A DNA stretch of 64,000 nucleotides from a virus (IMGVR_UViG_3300025357_000008:32001-96000), one strand, 5' to 3'; positions 48,417-60,132 are shown, numbered from the stretch's first letter. Notes: generated by a model not told the origin, from the sequence alone. Numbers and translations: made by a program.

Positions 48417-48635
48417 ATGTTAGTAAAAGTAGAAGGAACTTCTTATGTGAGAGACATCAATACGATGGCTCTCATTAACACTAATGTCGCAGAAAAAAAT
48501 GATTATCTTTCTAAAATCACAATGATGAAGACTCAAAAAGAAGAAATAAATACCGTGAAGAATGAAATAGATTCAATCAAAAATGATATGAAAGAGATTA
48601 AAGAATTACTTTTGGCTATGAATAATAACAAATAA
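48417..48635 (+). CDS. small conserved coiled-coil protein
   Basis: KVEG...VRD..T.A.IN..., D..EIK.LL; usual position after VrlC-like genes. Confidence 0.75.
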   Translation: MLVKVEGTSYVRDINTMALINTNVAEKNDYLSKITMMKTQKEEINTVKNEIDSIKNDMKEIKELLLAMNNNK

Positions 48636-48643
48636 AGGTCCAA

Positions 48644-51580
48644 ATGGCTACGATTTTTACAGCAACAATTTTACCAACTCTAACATATGCAAATACTTTT
48701 GTAGATTGGTTTACAACAACGAATACAATTGTTGTTGATTTTAATAACTTCTCTGCTAATGCATATGCAAAAAACACAGGTACTCTGTATCTTAATGAGG
48801 CTACTACTGCTTTAGTTGTAGGTAACGGTGTTGCACAATTCGGTAATCAAGTTCAGATTACTGGTACAGGTTCTTATCTAACAGTTGATAATAATATTGT
48901 AATGAACTATGGACAGTTGGTAGTTTCAAATGCCAACTCAAGTATTATTGCTTCTGGTGTCGTACAAGTCGGTAATACAGTATATGCTAATGGTGCTAAT
49001 ACAGGTTTGTTTGTTGCTAACAATGCAACTTTAAATTCAAACGCATACATTACAGGTAACGCATATTTTGGTAAACAAATTTTTGTTACCGGCCCTGTTA
49101 CTCTTAACGCATTAACTGTTCAAGGTACCACATCAATACAAAACACTTTGACGATTAGCGGTACAACAAACGTTAATAATACTCTTACTGCAACCGGTAA
49201 CGTAAATGCTTTATGGTTCAATGCGACAAACGGACTTACTGGTACTCTTGCAAACATTAGCGGTTATGCTAACTCTGGTCGTTTAGCTACAACATTAACT
49301 GGTCAGATTGGTACTCAGTTGTATGTTGGTGATTCAATCTATACAACAAATAGCACATTCGCAAATATAAACTATTCTAATACAGTTGTTGCTAACACAT
49401 CTGTAACGTCAAATGTCATCACAGCAAATACAATTCAAGGAAACTTGAATGTCAATACTGCAACTGTAACTGCATCTGTTGGTAATATTGTTTCTTTAAA
49501 TGCAACTACTATTACAACAGGTAGTTTGTATGCTAACAATATTACAGCATATCAAAATTTAAACGCTAACAATGAATATGCAAACGTAATCGTTGCTAAT
49601 ACATCTATTCTCACACCAGCATTAAATGTTTCGGTATCGTTGACAGCAAATACTGCTAATGCATACTTCAGTAATGTATTCGCAACAAACTTAACATTGA
49701 GTGGTAATCTTGCAATCAGTTACCCAATTGTTTCAACATCAAATTCATTTACATTAAACGCTAACAATACCACAGCAACACCTTTTGCACAGTTTGTTAT
49801 CAATCGTGGTACAGGTTCTAATACTGCACAAATTCAATGGTATGAATCTGGTAAACAATGGCAGATTAATGATGTAACAACAAATCAGTTCTATTCAATT
49901 CTAACTTCTGAAGTTGCAAACAGTAGCCTAGTATTAAATAGTACATCTAATATTGCAACATCTCAAGCAGTCTATACTGCAAATCTATTTGCTCAAGCCG
50001 CATTTAACGTTGCAAATGCCGCATATACATCTGCAAATAACGTTGCCCCACAGATTCAACCTGCATTTAATCAAGCAAACTCTGCTTCAAATATTGCCAA
50101 TTCAGCATTTGCAGAAGCTAATATTGTATACACATTAGCAAACACAATAAGCAACACTACTAACTCAGCATACGCAAGAGCAAATGCATCCGCTAATTTG
50201 TTTACTGCAAACGGTAATACAGCATCACCAAGCAACGGCGGTATATCTTTTGCAAGCCTTTACGGTGAGTCTATCAATGCCTCAGGCAATACAATTACGA
50301 TTGGCACTTCACAAGATTTAAGGTCTTCTGCATCACCAACATTCAACACACTAACACTAACAGGCAACTTAGCAGTCGGACAAGGTGGTACAGGTTCTAC
50401 AACAGCCGCTGGTGCTGTTCAAAATCTATTACCTGCAAACACTAATCAAATCGGTTTCTTCTTGCAGACAACAGGTCCTGGTAACTTTGGATGGATTTCT
50501 AATACTGCTAACAGTCTTGCTTATACAGTACCTACTGGTGTTGCGGCAACTAATAATAACGTTCAACTAGCATTGAATGATTTGTATTTTAACAAAGCAA
50601 ACTTAGCATCACCACAGTTTACTGGAACACCTAATTCAGTAACTCAAGCAACTACAACACAGAATACTACTATTGCAACTACTGGCTTTGTAGGTGCTCT
50701 CGCAAACTCTGGTTATTATTTCTCTCACAATATTACCGGTACTGCTCAGTACGCAAACAATTTATATCAAACAACATATAGTACAGCAGGTAGTGTTCCT
50801 TATCAATCCGCTCAAGGTACAACAGCATTTACTGCCGCTGGTGCAACATCTCAAGTTCTGATTGGTGGTACTTCACCATCATGGCTGAATATGAGTTCTA
50901 TGACAGTCGGTGCCGCTACTCTTGCAAATGCAACATCTAATATTGCCGGTGGTGGTGCAGGTCAGATACCATATAACACAGCATATGGTGCGACATCATT
51001 TATTGGTGCCGGTACTGCTGGTCAAGTTTTAGTTTCTGCTGGTACAGGAACACCAGTGTGGTCAAGTTCCGTACAGCAAAGTTCAGTCACAGCATCTGGC
51101 GCTGGTATATTTTCAACTTTAACATCTAACAATGCAGTAAATGCAGTTAGCATTAATGCAACAACTTCAGCAAATATTGCAAACGTCACAGCAAGTTTCA
51201 TCACTAATACTGGTAACTATTATAGTGGCGGATTAATCAGCGTAGTCGGTAATATTATTGCTTACTCTGGTTCTGATAGAAAATGGAAAGAAAATATCAG
51301 AGACATTGAAGGTGCTCTTGATATTGTTGATGCTGTTGGTGGTAAATTATTTGATTGGACAGATGAATATATTGCACAGAATGGTGGTCTGAATGATTAT
51401 TCAATGCAGAAATCTGATTTCGGTGTTGTTGCTCAAGACCTGAGAGAAGTTTTCCCAGTTGCAACAAGGGTAAGACCAGACGGCTCTCTTGCAGTTGACT
51501 ATGAAAAATTATGTGCTGTAGCATTTGCCGCTATCAAAGATTTACGTGCAGAAGTTGAAGCATTAAAGCAATCAAAGTAA
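48644..51580 (+). CDS. tail fibre with C-terminal S74 chaperone
   Basis: NTF..W...TN N-terminus, beta-repeat shaft, SP.FTGTP, SDRKWKENI...GVVAQD...VDYEKL. Confidence 0.85.
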   Translation: MATIFTATILPTLTYANTFVDWFTTTNTIVVDFNNFSANAYAKNTGTLYLNEATTALVVGNGVAQFGNQVQITGTGSYLTVDNNIVMNYGQLVVSNANSSIIASGVVQVGNTVYANGANTGLFVANNATLNSNAYITGNAYFGKQIFVTGPVTLNALTVQGTTSIQNTLTISGTTNVNNTLTATGNVNALWFNATNGLTGTLANISGYANSGRLATTLTGQIGTQLYVGDSIYTTNSTFANINYSNTVVANTSVTSNVITANTIQGNLNVNTATVTASVGNIVSLNATTITTGSLYANNITAYQNLNANNEYANVIVANTSILTPALNVSVSLTANTANAYFSNVFATNLTLSGNLAISYPIVSTSNSFTLNANNTTATPFAQFVINRGTGSNTAQIQWYESGKQWQINDVTTNQFYSILTSEVANSSLVLNSTSNIATSQAVYTANLFAQAAFNVANAAYTSANNVAPQIQPAFNQANSASNIANSAFAEANIVYTLANTISNTTNSAYARANASANLFTANGNTASPSNGGISFASLYGESINASGNTITIGTSQDLRSSASPTFNTLTLTGNLAVGQGGTGSTTAAGAVQNLLPANTNQIGFFLQTTGPGNFGWISNTANSLAYTVPTGVAATNNNVQLALNDLYFNKANLASPQFTGTPNSVTQATTTQNTTIATTGFVGALANSGYYFSHNITGTAQYANNLYQTTYSTAGSVPYQSAQGTTAFTAAGATSQVLIGGTSPSWLNMSSMTVGAATLANATSNIAGGGAGQIPYNTAYGATSFIGAGTAGQVLVSAGTGTPVWSSSVQQSSVTASGAGIFSTLTSNNAVNAVSINATTSANIANVTASFITNTGNYYSGGLISVVGNIIAYSGSDRKWKENIRDIEGALDIVDAVGGKLFDWTDEYIAQNGGLNDYSMQKSDFGVVAQDLREVFPVATRVRPDGSLAVDYEKLCAVAFAAIKDLRAEVEALKQSK

Positions 51581-51624
51581 TCCTCTCTTACTAAATAGAG
51601 TAAGAACAATTAGAATAAGAAAAC

Positions 51625-51978
51625 ATGGCCGCAGGATATCAAAATCTCTACCTAGAACAAGGTGCATCTTTTGCATTTACAATCACATTAGATGATGTAT
51701 ATGGAGAGGCCTACTCTCTTTCTGGCGCCAATGTGTATAGTAAAATGAGGTATTCTTACTATACACCTAACGTAGCGGCAACTTTTGCCACAACAATTTC
51801 GGCAAATACAGGTCAAGTTACGTTTTCTTTAGACTCAGCCAATACGGCAAACATCACACCAGGTCGTTATGTATACGATGCTGTGCTTTCTTTCTACGCT
51901 GGTAGTGGTCAAGCGAACACAGTCATTAGAATCCTTGAAGGAATTGCAGAAGTTGCTCCTGGTGTAACATCGGGGTAA
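51625..51978 (+). CDS. virion structural adaptor protein
   Basis: NL.LEQGA.F...GRYVYD....RILEG...V.PGVT; CTAAATA late promoter at 51591. Confidence 0.75.
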   Translation: MAAGYQNLYLEQGASFAFTITLDDVYGEAYSLSGANVYSKMRYSYYTPNVAATFATTISANTGQVTFSLDSANTANITPGRYVYDAVLSFYAGSGQANTVIRILEGIAEVAPGVTSG

Positions 51979-51981
51979 CAT

Positions 51982-52206
51982 ATGGCAACTAATCCACCTT
52001 CATCAGTCAAAGTAACCATTGGTCAAAACACACCAAAAGTAACTGCGGTTTCTTATGGTGGTCTTCGTTCGCTTGCAGGTTCAACAGATTTGAATCTTGC
52101 CGGTGCTCAAGACGGTGACGTTATTGTTTACTCGCAATCACAGAAATTGTTTTACGTTGAAAATATTGGCAACGCTATTACATCTATTGATAACGGATAC
52201 TTTTAA
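51982..52206 (+). CDS. small virion linker protein ending IDNGYF
   Basis: L....D.......DG.VIVY motif; C-terminal DNGYF. Confidence 0.7.
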   Translation: MATNPPSSVKVTIGQNTPKVTAVSYGGLRSLAGSTDLNLAGAQDGDVIVYSQSQKLFYVENIGNAITSIDNGYF

Positions 52207-54329
52207 TGTCATCAAATACAGTTAATGTACAGATACTAAGGTCCTATGGATCTTATCAACCAACAAACTTACTTGATGGGCAGTTAGCGTATTCCTTTCA
52301 ATCTAATACACTATACATCGGTACAAATAGTAATGGTATTGTTACTATTGGTGGTGTCACACCTTTAGCTCGTATTCAAACTGCCTTCAATGCGGCAAAT
52401 AGTTCAGGTGATTTTGCAAACTCTGCTTTCACACGTGCTAATCTTGCCTATGCGGCCGCTAATGCCGCTGGTTCATCAACAACAATAAACTTAGCATATC
52501 AAACTGCTAACTCGGCATTTAGTCAGGCTAATCTTGCCTATGCGGCCGCTAATGCCGCCGGTTCATCTACTACAACTAACAATGCTTATGCAACTGCTAA
52601 CTTAGCTTTTGCACAAGCGAATGCCGCTTTCAATGCGGCTAATAGTGGTGTAACTGCATCATATGCTTTTAATCAAGCTAACAGCGCATACAATCAAGCC
52701 AACGTAGCATTTGCGGCGGCTAATGCGGCAGGTTCTTCTACGACTGTAAATGCGGCCTTCTTAACTGCTAACTCTGCTTTTACACAATCAAATAACGCAT
52801 ATAACAAAGCAAACTCAGCAAACGTTCTAGCACAGTCTGCTTTTGGTGCCGCTAACGTAGGTAACACATTTGTTACTACTGGAGGTACTGTAACAGGTAA
52901 CGTAACAGTTTCAAACAATCTAACTGTATCTGGTAACTTATATGTACTAGGTAACTTAACTGCTATCAATACAACACAAGAAGAAACAAACGCACCGTTA
53001 ATCTTCTTAGCAAACAATAACACATCTTCTGATACAGTTGACATCGGTTTTGTTGGTAACTATAATGCAACAGGTAATGCGTTTACTGGTTTGTTTAGAA
53101 ACCCAACCCTTAAAGAGTTTATATTCTTTCAGAACTATGCATCACCTATTGGCTCAAACAATCTAATTAATATTAGTGACCCTAGTTTTGCATATGCAAA
53201 CGTGTACTCAAATTACTTCAAAGGTAATGTAATAAGTCACGGTGTAGATGTATTCTATTATTCTAACTCTGCTTTCTCAGTTGCAAATACGGCATCATCA
53301 AATACTGTAGCACTTCAAGGTATTGAAAATGCACAGAATACAAACATTGCGTATTCATGGACAACTGCAAATGCCGCTTTTGCAAATGCAAACTCTGCAA
53401 TTCTATATCAAACGGCAATTAGTAATTCGGTAAACAGTATTGCTGTTGGTGGTGCACCTGTACAGAACGCTCAAGTATGGTCTACACTAACTGTATCACA
53501 AGTCTTTGATGCAATTCTGTTCCCAACAATCGGTCCTACATATACAATACCTACAATATCTTTAAGCGGTACTGCTTCTGGTACTGTAGAAGTCGGTTCA
53601 ACAATCACTCAGACAATGACTCTGACTGGTACTAAGAACGATGCTGGTGCATTCCTTGCATTGTATATTCAACGTAATAGTGCGAACATTGCTACGATTA
53701 GTAACCCATCAGGTACAGCAACAACTAATATTGCATCTCAGTATGGCTATAGCGATCCTAACAATCAAAACTATTACTATACATTAAGTAATACAGATAC
53801 TGCTATTGCAACAACTGGTACATTCACATGGGCGGGTTACGGTAACTATAATGCTGGTGTTGCTAAGTTAACAAACAAAGGACAGACAGATGCAAACGGT
53901 GCTCAACTTCGTTCAACTGTTTATCCTCAAGCCGCTGGTTCAGCGTTCGGTTCAGGTTCTTATTCAGTAACTGGTATCTATCCATACTTTTGGGGTGTAT
54001 CATCAACGCAACCGACAGCCGCAAGTATTGCATCAGCAATTCAAGCAGGCACAGCAAACAAAGTACTTGCAGTTGGTTCAGGAACACTTACAATCACATT
54101 CAATGCAAGTTCTCAATACGTTTGGCTTGCAGTACAAAATAGCTATGCAACAAAGACAACATGGTATAATACTGCTCTAAATAACGGTAGTATTGGTGCA
54201 GGTCAATTTATATTGAGTCCTGTAACACAAGCAGTCACTTCACCAACATCTCTCTGGTCTGGCGTTAATTATAATATGTACATCTCTGGTTACTCAACGA
54301 CAACTAGCGGCTCAATACAGTTCTCATAA
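52206..54329 (+). CDS. fibre protein with N-terminal RS...GQLA domain and heptad repeats
   Basis: ILRS...P..L.DGQLAYSF..LYIG; AN.A(F/Y) heptads; DIGFVG domain. Confidence 0.8.
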   Translation: MSSNTVNVQILRSYGSYQPTNLLDGQLAYSFQSNTLYIGTNSNGIVTIGGVTPLARIQTAFNAANSSGDFANSAFTRANLAYAAANAAGSSTTINLAYQTANSAFSQANLAYAAANAAGSSTTTNNAYATANLAFAQANAAFNAANSGVTASYAFNQANSAYNQANVAFAAANAAGSSTTVNAAFLTANSAFTQSNNAYNKANSANVLAQSAFGAANVGNTFVTTGGTVTGNVTVSNNLTVSGNLYVLGNLTAINTTQEETNAPLIFLANNNTSSDTVDIGFVGNYNATGNAFTGLFRNPTLKEFIFFQNYASPIGSNNLINISDPSFAYANVYSNYFKGNVISHGVDVFYYSNSAFSVANTASSNTVALQGIENAQNTNIAYSWTTANAAFANANSAILYQTAISNSVNSIAVGGAPVQNAQVWSTLTVSQVFDAILFPTIGPTYTIPTISLSGTASGTVEVGSTITQTMTLTGTKNDAGAFLALYIQRNSANIATISNPSGTATTNIASQYGYSDPNNQNYYYTLSNTDTAIATTGTFTWAGYGNYNAGVAKLTNKGQTDANGAQLRSTVYPQAAGSAFGSGSYSVTGIYPYFWGVSSTQPTAASIASAIQAGTANKVLAVGSGTLTITFNASSQYVWLAVQNSYATKTTWYNTALNNGSIGAGQFILSPVTQAVTSPTSLWSGVNYNMYISGYSTTTSGSIQFS

Positions 54330-54332
54330 AAC

Positions 54333-57300
54333 ATGTCAATTATTCTAAACGACAATCTAAGTATACAGGCACCTAAGGGAGTTGATTCTCGTTTTGGCCC
54401 ATATGTAAATACAACTATTGCTTTATCGAGTGTTGGGTCTGCGGTTCGTTATCAAGGTTTAACAATTGGCATCAATTCTGCAAATGCAAGTGCGAATGGT
54501 GGTAATACTGTTATTGAGTATTGGTTTCGTGACGGTATTGCAGATGGTGATTTAACTTACAAAGTTGACCCTACTGCTAACTTAGCATATGCACAAGCTA
54601 ATGCCGCCTTTAATGCGGCCAATAGTTCAGGTGGCGGTAGTTCAGCGGCCGCTTTCAATCAAGCGAATGCCGCCTTTGCACAAGCTAATGCCGCCTTTGC
54701 ACAAGCAAACACAGGCTCTAGTTCTGCACCAGCTTTTAATCAAGCTAATGCCGCTTTCAGTCAAGCAAACGTAGCCTTTAATACTGCTAACTTAGCATAC
54801 ACACAAGCAAACTCAAGTTATACTGCACAAAATACAACAGCATCTTTTGCTAACGGTGCTTTTGTTGTTGCAAACTCGGGAGCATTATTTGCTAATAGTG
54901 CTTTTGCTACTGCAAATGCTTCCTATAATGCACAAAATATAACTGCTGGTTTCGCTAATGCCGCATATGCATATGCAAATACATTAGGAACAAATGAGGC
55001 ATCTGCATTTAATACTGCTAATGCCGCTTATGCACAAGCAAATACTGCTTATGCTAATTCAAATACGTTCATAACGTTTATCACAGGCGTTGAAACAAGT
55101 CAGAACAATAATATTTCTTCCGCATTTACTCAAGCTAATAATGCGGCCATATTTGCTAATGGTGCTTTCACAGTTGCCAATGCCGCTGTAAGACGTGCCG
55201 GTGATACAATGACTGGTAACTTAGTGATTGCTGGTGCTAATTTAACAGTAGGTACTGCACTTGCCGCTTATGCAAATGGTAACGTTGTAATCTCTCAAGC
55301 AACAGGACAAATTGTCCTTGCAGGAAATACATATGCAGGACATATGTTACCTGCCGCTAATGCTGATGGTACTGGTGTAGGATATGATTTAGGTTCCCCA
55401 ACAAGTCGTTGGAGAAAAATCTACGTTACTGGTACAACGATTGATATTGGTGGCGCTTTAATTCAAGCACAAGGTAATGCGATTTCACTAACCAGCGGAA
55501 CAGGCGCTACGTTTGCCGTTTCTGGTACAGGTGCAAACTCTGTAGGTTCTTTTGCAAGTTTAACAGCAAATGCCGGTATTGATTCAACTAATTCTGTTAG
55601 CGGTACAATTATCGTCACTGGTGGTGTTGGTATTTCTAATAATGCTTTCATCGGTGGTAATACAACTGTAGCATATCAATTAACTGCAAATCAACACACA
55701 TTCGGTATTGATGGTACAAGTCAGTACACAGCGGCCGCACCTTATGCATATTCTAATGCATCATTCTTGACTGCTAATAGTGCTTATACTGCACAGAATA
55801 TTACTGCTGGTTTTGCTAATGCCGCTTTCTTAGTCGCAAACAGTTCATTTGTTGCAGAAAACATTACTGCTTCGTTTGCCAACTCTGCTTATACACAAGC
55901 AAATGCGGCCTTTAATCAAGCAAATACGGCATCTTCTTTTGCTAATGGTTCGTTTACAACTGCAAATTCTGCATCTTCTAATACAGTAACATTGCAAGGT
56001 ATTGAAAATGTACAGAACACCAATATTACAGCATCGTTTGCACAAGCAAATGCATCTTACAATGCTCAAAATACAACTGCATCATTTGCAAATAGTGCCT
56101 TCGTAACAGCAAACTCTTCTTATTCTGCTCAAAACATAACTGCTGGTTTTGCAAACGCATCATATACGGCACAAAATACTACGGCAGGATTTGCCAACGG
56201 TGCATTTGTTACTGCTAATGCATCTTATGCGGCACAAAATATAACTGCTTCGTTTGCTAACAGCGCATATTCTTTTGCAAATTCAATTAATACTTATGCA
56301 TATGCCGCCTTTTCTTATGCAAATACATTAAATGCAGTAAACGTAGCATCAGCATGGAACACATCTAATGCCGCTTTCATTCAAGCAAATAGTGCTTTCA
56401 ATGCACAAAACATAACAGCAGGATTTGCAAATGCTTCTTACACGTTTGCTAATAGCATCAACATATATGCGTACTCTGCTTATGCGGCCGCTAATGTTGG
56501 TAATACATTCGTTTCAACTGGTGGTACAGTTGCTGGTTCTGTTGTTATCAGCACTGATTTACATGTCACTGGTAACTTGTATATTGCTGGTAATTCCACT
56601 TTTGTTAACGCAAATAATATATCAACAAACGATTCGATTATTTTAATTGGTACCAATAATACATCTAACGTTGTTGATTTGGGTATTGTCGGACACTTTA
56701 CAAATAACGGATATCAAAGAACTGGTTTTGTTCGTAATCACAATACAGGCATTTGGGGACTGTTCAGCAATCTAACATCAGAACCTTCAACAACAATCAA
56801 CTGGTCTGATGCCAATTTAATTTATGATAAGATTCAAACCGGTAACATTACGACTCCAGCAATATATGTTGCAGGTGTAGAACTTGGTGCTTATGCGAAT
56901 ACTGTTAATGCTTATTCTTATGCATCGTATGCATCTCAAAACATTACCGCATCGTTCGCTAACGGCGCTTTTGCTACTGCAAATGCATCATATGCATCTC
57001 AAAACATTACCGCATCGTTCGCTAACGGCGCTTTTGCTACTGCAAATGCTTCCTATAATGCACAGAACACTACCGCATCATTCGCTAATAGTGCCTTTGT
57101 AACAGCAAACGCATCATACAATTCGCAAAACACAACAGCATCTTTTGCTAACGGTGCATTTATAACTGCAAATGCATCATATAACTTTGCTAATAGTGTC
57201 AACACATATGCGTATGCCGCATTTGCAAAAGCAAATTCTCTCACAACTTCAGGCATTACAGTTGTTAATTTTACTGGTGACGGTGCAACTACATCATTTG

Positions 57301-58871
57301 CATTAGGCGTTACACCGTATTCTATCAATGCAACGTCTGTTAACTATAACGGTATTACATTACTAAGAAATAGTTATACATTGTCTGGTGCAAATATTGT
57401 CTTCTCAAGCCCACCTGCTAATACAGCATTAATTGAAGTTACAGTATCAACTCAAACTGTTTCAACTAATACTTCAATAAGTTCAGGTAATAACGGCAAC
57501 GTTCAATTTGCATTGGCAAATAATATAATTGGTTCTGATGCCAACTTTGTATATCTAACATCTAATACAACACTATTAGTACCAAACGCATATTATACCG
57601 GTAACGTAAGTATTCAAGGTAACTTGTATGTTAACGGTACTGTAACAACATTCAATAATGTAACTGTTAACACGACAGAAACAATTACAACAACACTAAC
57701 TCTTAGTGGTTTGAATGTCTATCCTTATATTACTTCAAGTTATGGTTTTTCTAACACAGTCAACACTTATGCATATGCATCATATTCAGCACAAAACATA
57801 ACTGCTGGTTTCGCTAATGCATCTTATACTGCACAAAATACAACAGCCTCATTCGCAAATAGTGCTTTTGGTCAAGCTAACTCTGCCGCTGTATTTGCAA
57901 ACGGTGCATTTACATTTGCTAACAGCGTAAATACCTATGCATATTCAGCATATGCTTTTGCAAATTCTGTTAACGTATACGCACGTGCCGCATTTGCACA
58001 AGACAATTTAGTATTCTCAGTTGCAAATTCTGCTGGTCTGTTTGCTAATGGTGCTTTTGTAACAGCAAACGCTTCTTTTATACAAGCAAATAATTCACTT
58101 GCAAACGTTGGTTCTTTAATAACTGTGAACGGTGTTTCGCAATTTGCGATAACGAATTCTCAAGTATCAACTTCAATAACTACTGGTGCATTAACAGTTG
58201 CTGGTGGTGTGGGTATTACTGGTAATACTTATGTCGGTGGTGATGTATTTGCAAATAATGGTGTCTATTCTGGCAATACATTCCAACCTGTGATAGGTTC
58301 ATTCAATGACGGTATTGTTATGGACTACGTTCAAGGTACAAATGGTATCGGTAGAATTTCAGTCGGTCCAAATGATTACATAACATTCTATACTGGCGGT
58401 GTCGGTACTACTCCTGTTGCAAACGTGTACAGTAACGGTGCGTTTACAAGTACAAACGTAACAGCAAGTAACAATATTACAACTAACACGTTTACTGCTA
58501 CTGGTCTTGTCACCATACAACAAACTACAGAAAATATTACGAACACTGGTAATCCTGGTTCTTCTGTGACTTATGATTTCAATGCTGGACCTACATACTA
58601 TAATACCGGTATGACACAAAACTGGACAGCAAACTTTACAAATGTACCAACAACACAAAATAAATCAGTTCTAGTTACTTTGATTAACAATCAAGGTAGC
58701 ACAGCATATTATCCAAGTACTATTCAAGTTAACGGAACAGGTTATACACCAAAATGGTTAGGCGGAACTTCTTACACTGGTAATGCAAGTCAATGGGATT
58801 TCCTCACATTTGCCATCATAAATATTGGTGGTACTATAACTGTTCTTGGTTCATACGCAACATATTATTAA
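54333..58871 (+). CDS. long fibre protein with extensive AN.A(F/Y) heptad coiled coils
   Basis: 1512 aa; GDTMTG.L, DLGSP..RW..IY, FTGDG.TTSF and C-terminal domains typical of T4-like fibres. Confidence 0.8.
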   Translation: MSIILNDNLSIQAPKGVDSRFGPYVNTTIALSSVGSAVRYQGLTIGINSANASANGGNTVIEYWFRDGIADGDLTYKVDPTANLAYAQANAAFNAANSSGGGSSAAAFNQANAAFAQANAAFAQANTGSSSAPAFNQANAAFSQANVAFNTANLAYTQANSSYTAQNTTASFANGAFVVANSGALFANSAFATANASYNAQNITAGFANAAYAYANTLGTNEASAFNTANAAYAQANTAYANSNTFITFITGVETSQNNNISSAFTQANNAAIFANGAFTVANAAVRRAGDTMTGNLVIAGANLTVGTALAAYANGNVVISQATGQIVLAGNTYAGHMLPAANADGTGVGYDLGSPTSRWRKIYVTGTTIDIGGALIQAQGNAISLTSGTGATFAVSGTGANSVGSFASLTANAGIDSTNSVSGTIIVTGGVGISNNAFIGGNTTVAYQLTANQHTFGIDGTSQYTAAAPYAYSNASFLTANSAYTAQNITAGFANAAFLVANSSFVAENITASFANSAYTQANAAFNQANTASSFANGSFTTANSASSNTVTLQGIENVQNTNITASFAQANASYNAQNTTASFANSAFVTANSSYSAQNITAGFANASYTAQNTTAGFANGAFVTANASYAAQNITASFANSAYSFANSINTYAYAAFSYANTLNAVNVASAWNTSNAAFIQANSAFNAQNITAGFANASYTFANSINIYAYSAYAAANVGNTFVSTGGTVAGSVVISTDLHVTGNLYIAGNSTFVNANNISTNDSIILIGTNNTSNVVDLGIVGHFTNNGYQRTGFVRNHNTGIWGLFSNLTSEPSTTINWSDANLIYDKIQTGNITTPAIYVAGVELGAYANTVNAYSYASYASQNITASFANGAFATANASYASQNITASFANGAFATANASYNAQNTTASFANSAFVTANASYNSQNTTASFANGAFITANASYNFANSVNTYAYAAFAKANSLTTSGITVVNFTGDGATTSFALGVTPYSINATSVNYNGITLLRNSYTLSGANIVFSSPPANTALIEVTVSTQTVSTNTSISSGNNGNVQFALANNIIGSDANFVYLTSNTTLLVPNAYYTGNVSIQGNLYVNGTVTTFNNVTVNTTETITTTLTLSGLNVYPYITSSYGFSNTVNTYAYASYSAQNITAGFANASYTAQNTTASFANSAFGQANSAAVFANGAFTFANSVNTYAYSAYAFANSVNVYARAAFAQDNLVFSVANSAGLFANGAFVTANASFIQANNSLANVGSLITVNGVSQFAITNSQVSTSITTGALTVAGGVGITGNTYVGGDVFANNGVYSGNTFQPVIGSFNDGIVMDYVQGTNGIGRISVGPNDYITFYTGGVGTTPVANVYSNGAFTSTNVTASNNITTNTFTATGLVTIQQTTENITNTGNPGSSVTYDFNAGPTYYNTGMTQNWTANFTNVPTTQNKSVLVTLINNQGSTAYYPSTIQVNGTGYTPKWLGGTSYTGNASQWDFLTFAIINIGGTITVLGSYATYY
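56928..57049 (+). repeat. tandem duplication, 63-nt period
   Basis: 59 nt identical at 56928-56986 and 56991-57049 (YASQNITASFANGAFATANA). Confidence 0.9.
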
Positions 58872-58873
58872 TT

Positions 58874-59908
58874 ATGAGTAGAATATCATCGTCAAGTGGC
58901 TTTGGGTTTTCAGGTGTTGGAATGGCTACTGCCAACTTAAAACCGATTCCAGTAACTGTTAATTATGTTTTGGTTGCCGGTGGTGGGTCAGGTGGTACTT
59001 TTGGTGGCGGTGGTGCTGGTGGTGTATTGTCTGGTCAAGTTACTTTTCCTAAAAAAGGTTCGACTGTAACAGTAACTATTGGTGGTGGAGGTGTTGCCGC
59101 AAATAATGGAGGACCTTTAGTATATCCTGGTAATGCTGGAGGTTATTATGTGAGAGGTACTAGCGGTTCAGGTTCTACAATATCGAATCCTTGCACATTA
59201 GGATCTGTAAGTTCAACAGGCGGTGGTGCCGGACGTGGTGGGTGGCCAGGTATGTGTTCAAGTTTTGGTGCATTAGGTGGAGGGTCTGGTGGTGGTGGTG
59301 CATCTGGCGGTAATCCTCAAAGTGCGCCCGGAGTACCAGGTCAAGGAAATCCTGGAGGTTCTGGAACCACCCCTTCAGGTATGTTTTTCGGTAGTGGTGG
59401 TGGAGCAGGAAGTGCAGGGACTTCAGGTGTAGGGGCAAATGGTGGTTCTGGACGAGTAATAACTATTATGGGTCCTAGTTCACCTGTAACAGTTGGTGGT
59501 GGAGGTGCGGCTGGCGGTTGCCAAGGGTGCAGACCAACATTTTATCCTAGTCCGTATTTTTTTTATACTGCAGGCGGTACAGGTGGCTCTGGTGGGGGCG
59601 GTAATGGTGGTAGTGGAGGTGTGCAAGGTGCATATGCGACTGGACGTACTGCTGGTACTGTAAATACTGGGGGTGGGGGTGGTGCTGGCGGATTTACAGG
59701 TTGGAACTTTATACAACCACCAACACATTCATGTTCTCCAAATGAGGAATGGTTTCCTGGTATGAATGGTGGTTCTGGTGTCGTCTTCATTTCAGCGAAT
59801 ACTGCAAAGAAAGGAACTGCCGGACCACCAACCGTTTTCACAACAGGAACTGACGGCCTAGGTAACACTTGGTTTAAATTCACTTCTTCTGGTACATATC
59901 GAGTATAA
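58874..59908 (+). CDS. glycine-rich putative receptor-binding adhesin
   Basis: YVLVAGGG.GG..GGGGAGG, NTGGGGG, GGSGVV, FTSSGT; likely start ATG58874 just after the fibre stop. Confidence 0.75.
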   Translation: MSRISSSSGFGFSGVGMATANLKPIPVTVNYVLVAGGGSGGTFGGGGAGGVLSGQVTFPKKGSTVTVTIGGGGVAANNGGPLVYPGNAGGYYVRGTSGSGSTISNPCTLGSVSSTGGGAGRGGWPGMCSSFGALGGGSGGGGASGGNPQSAPGVPGQGNPGGSGTTPSGMFFGSGGGAGSAGTSGVGANGGSGRVITIMGPSSPVTVGGGGAAGGCQGCRPTFYPSPYFFYTAGGTGGSGGGGNGGSGGVQGAYATGRTAGTVNTGGGGGAGGFTGWNFIQPPTHSCSPNEEWFPGMNGGSGVVFISANTAKKGTAGPPTVFTTGTDGLGNTWFKFTSSGTYRV

Positions 59909-59910
59909 AA

Positions 59911-60132
59911 ATGTCACTAACTGTAATAGAACCCTTCAATTTAGATAATTCCGCAAGTTATATTGTTAGCAGTTTAAATGCTGGTAACACTATAAATGTG
60001 GGAACCACACTTTATCTAAATAATATAGCGGTTAGTAACACTAATAACTCTCTGACGGTTAACTCTGCGATGACAATTTCTGGTAATGTTTATGCGAATT
60101 TGGTAGGCTACGTTGACGGCGGCTCATTTTAA
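59911..60132 (+). CDS. small virion protein ending VDGGSF
   Basis: 73-aa ORF, C-terminal DGGSF. Confidence 0.7.
   Translation: MSLTVIEPFNLDNSASYIVSSLNAGNTINVGTTLYLNNIAVSNTNNSLTVNSAMTISGNVYANLVGYVDGGSF

Noticed and set aside
52380-58100. CRISPR-like or non-coding repeat array
   Set aside because: Repeats are degenerate, in frame, vary at third codon positions and have no unique spacers
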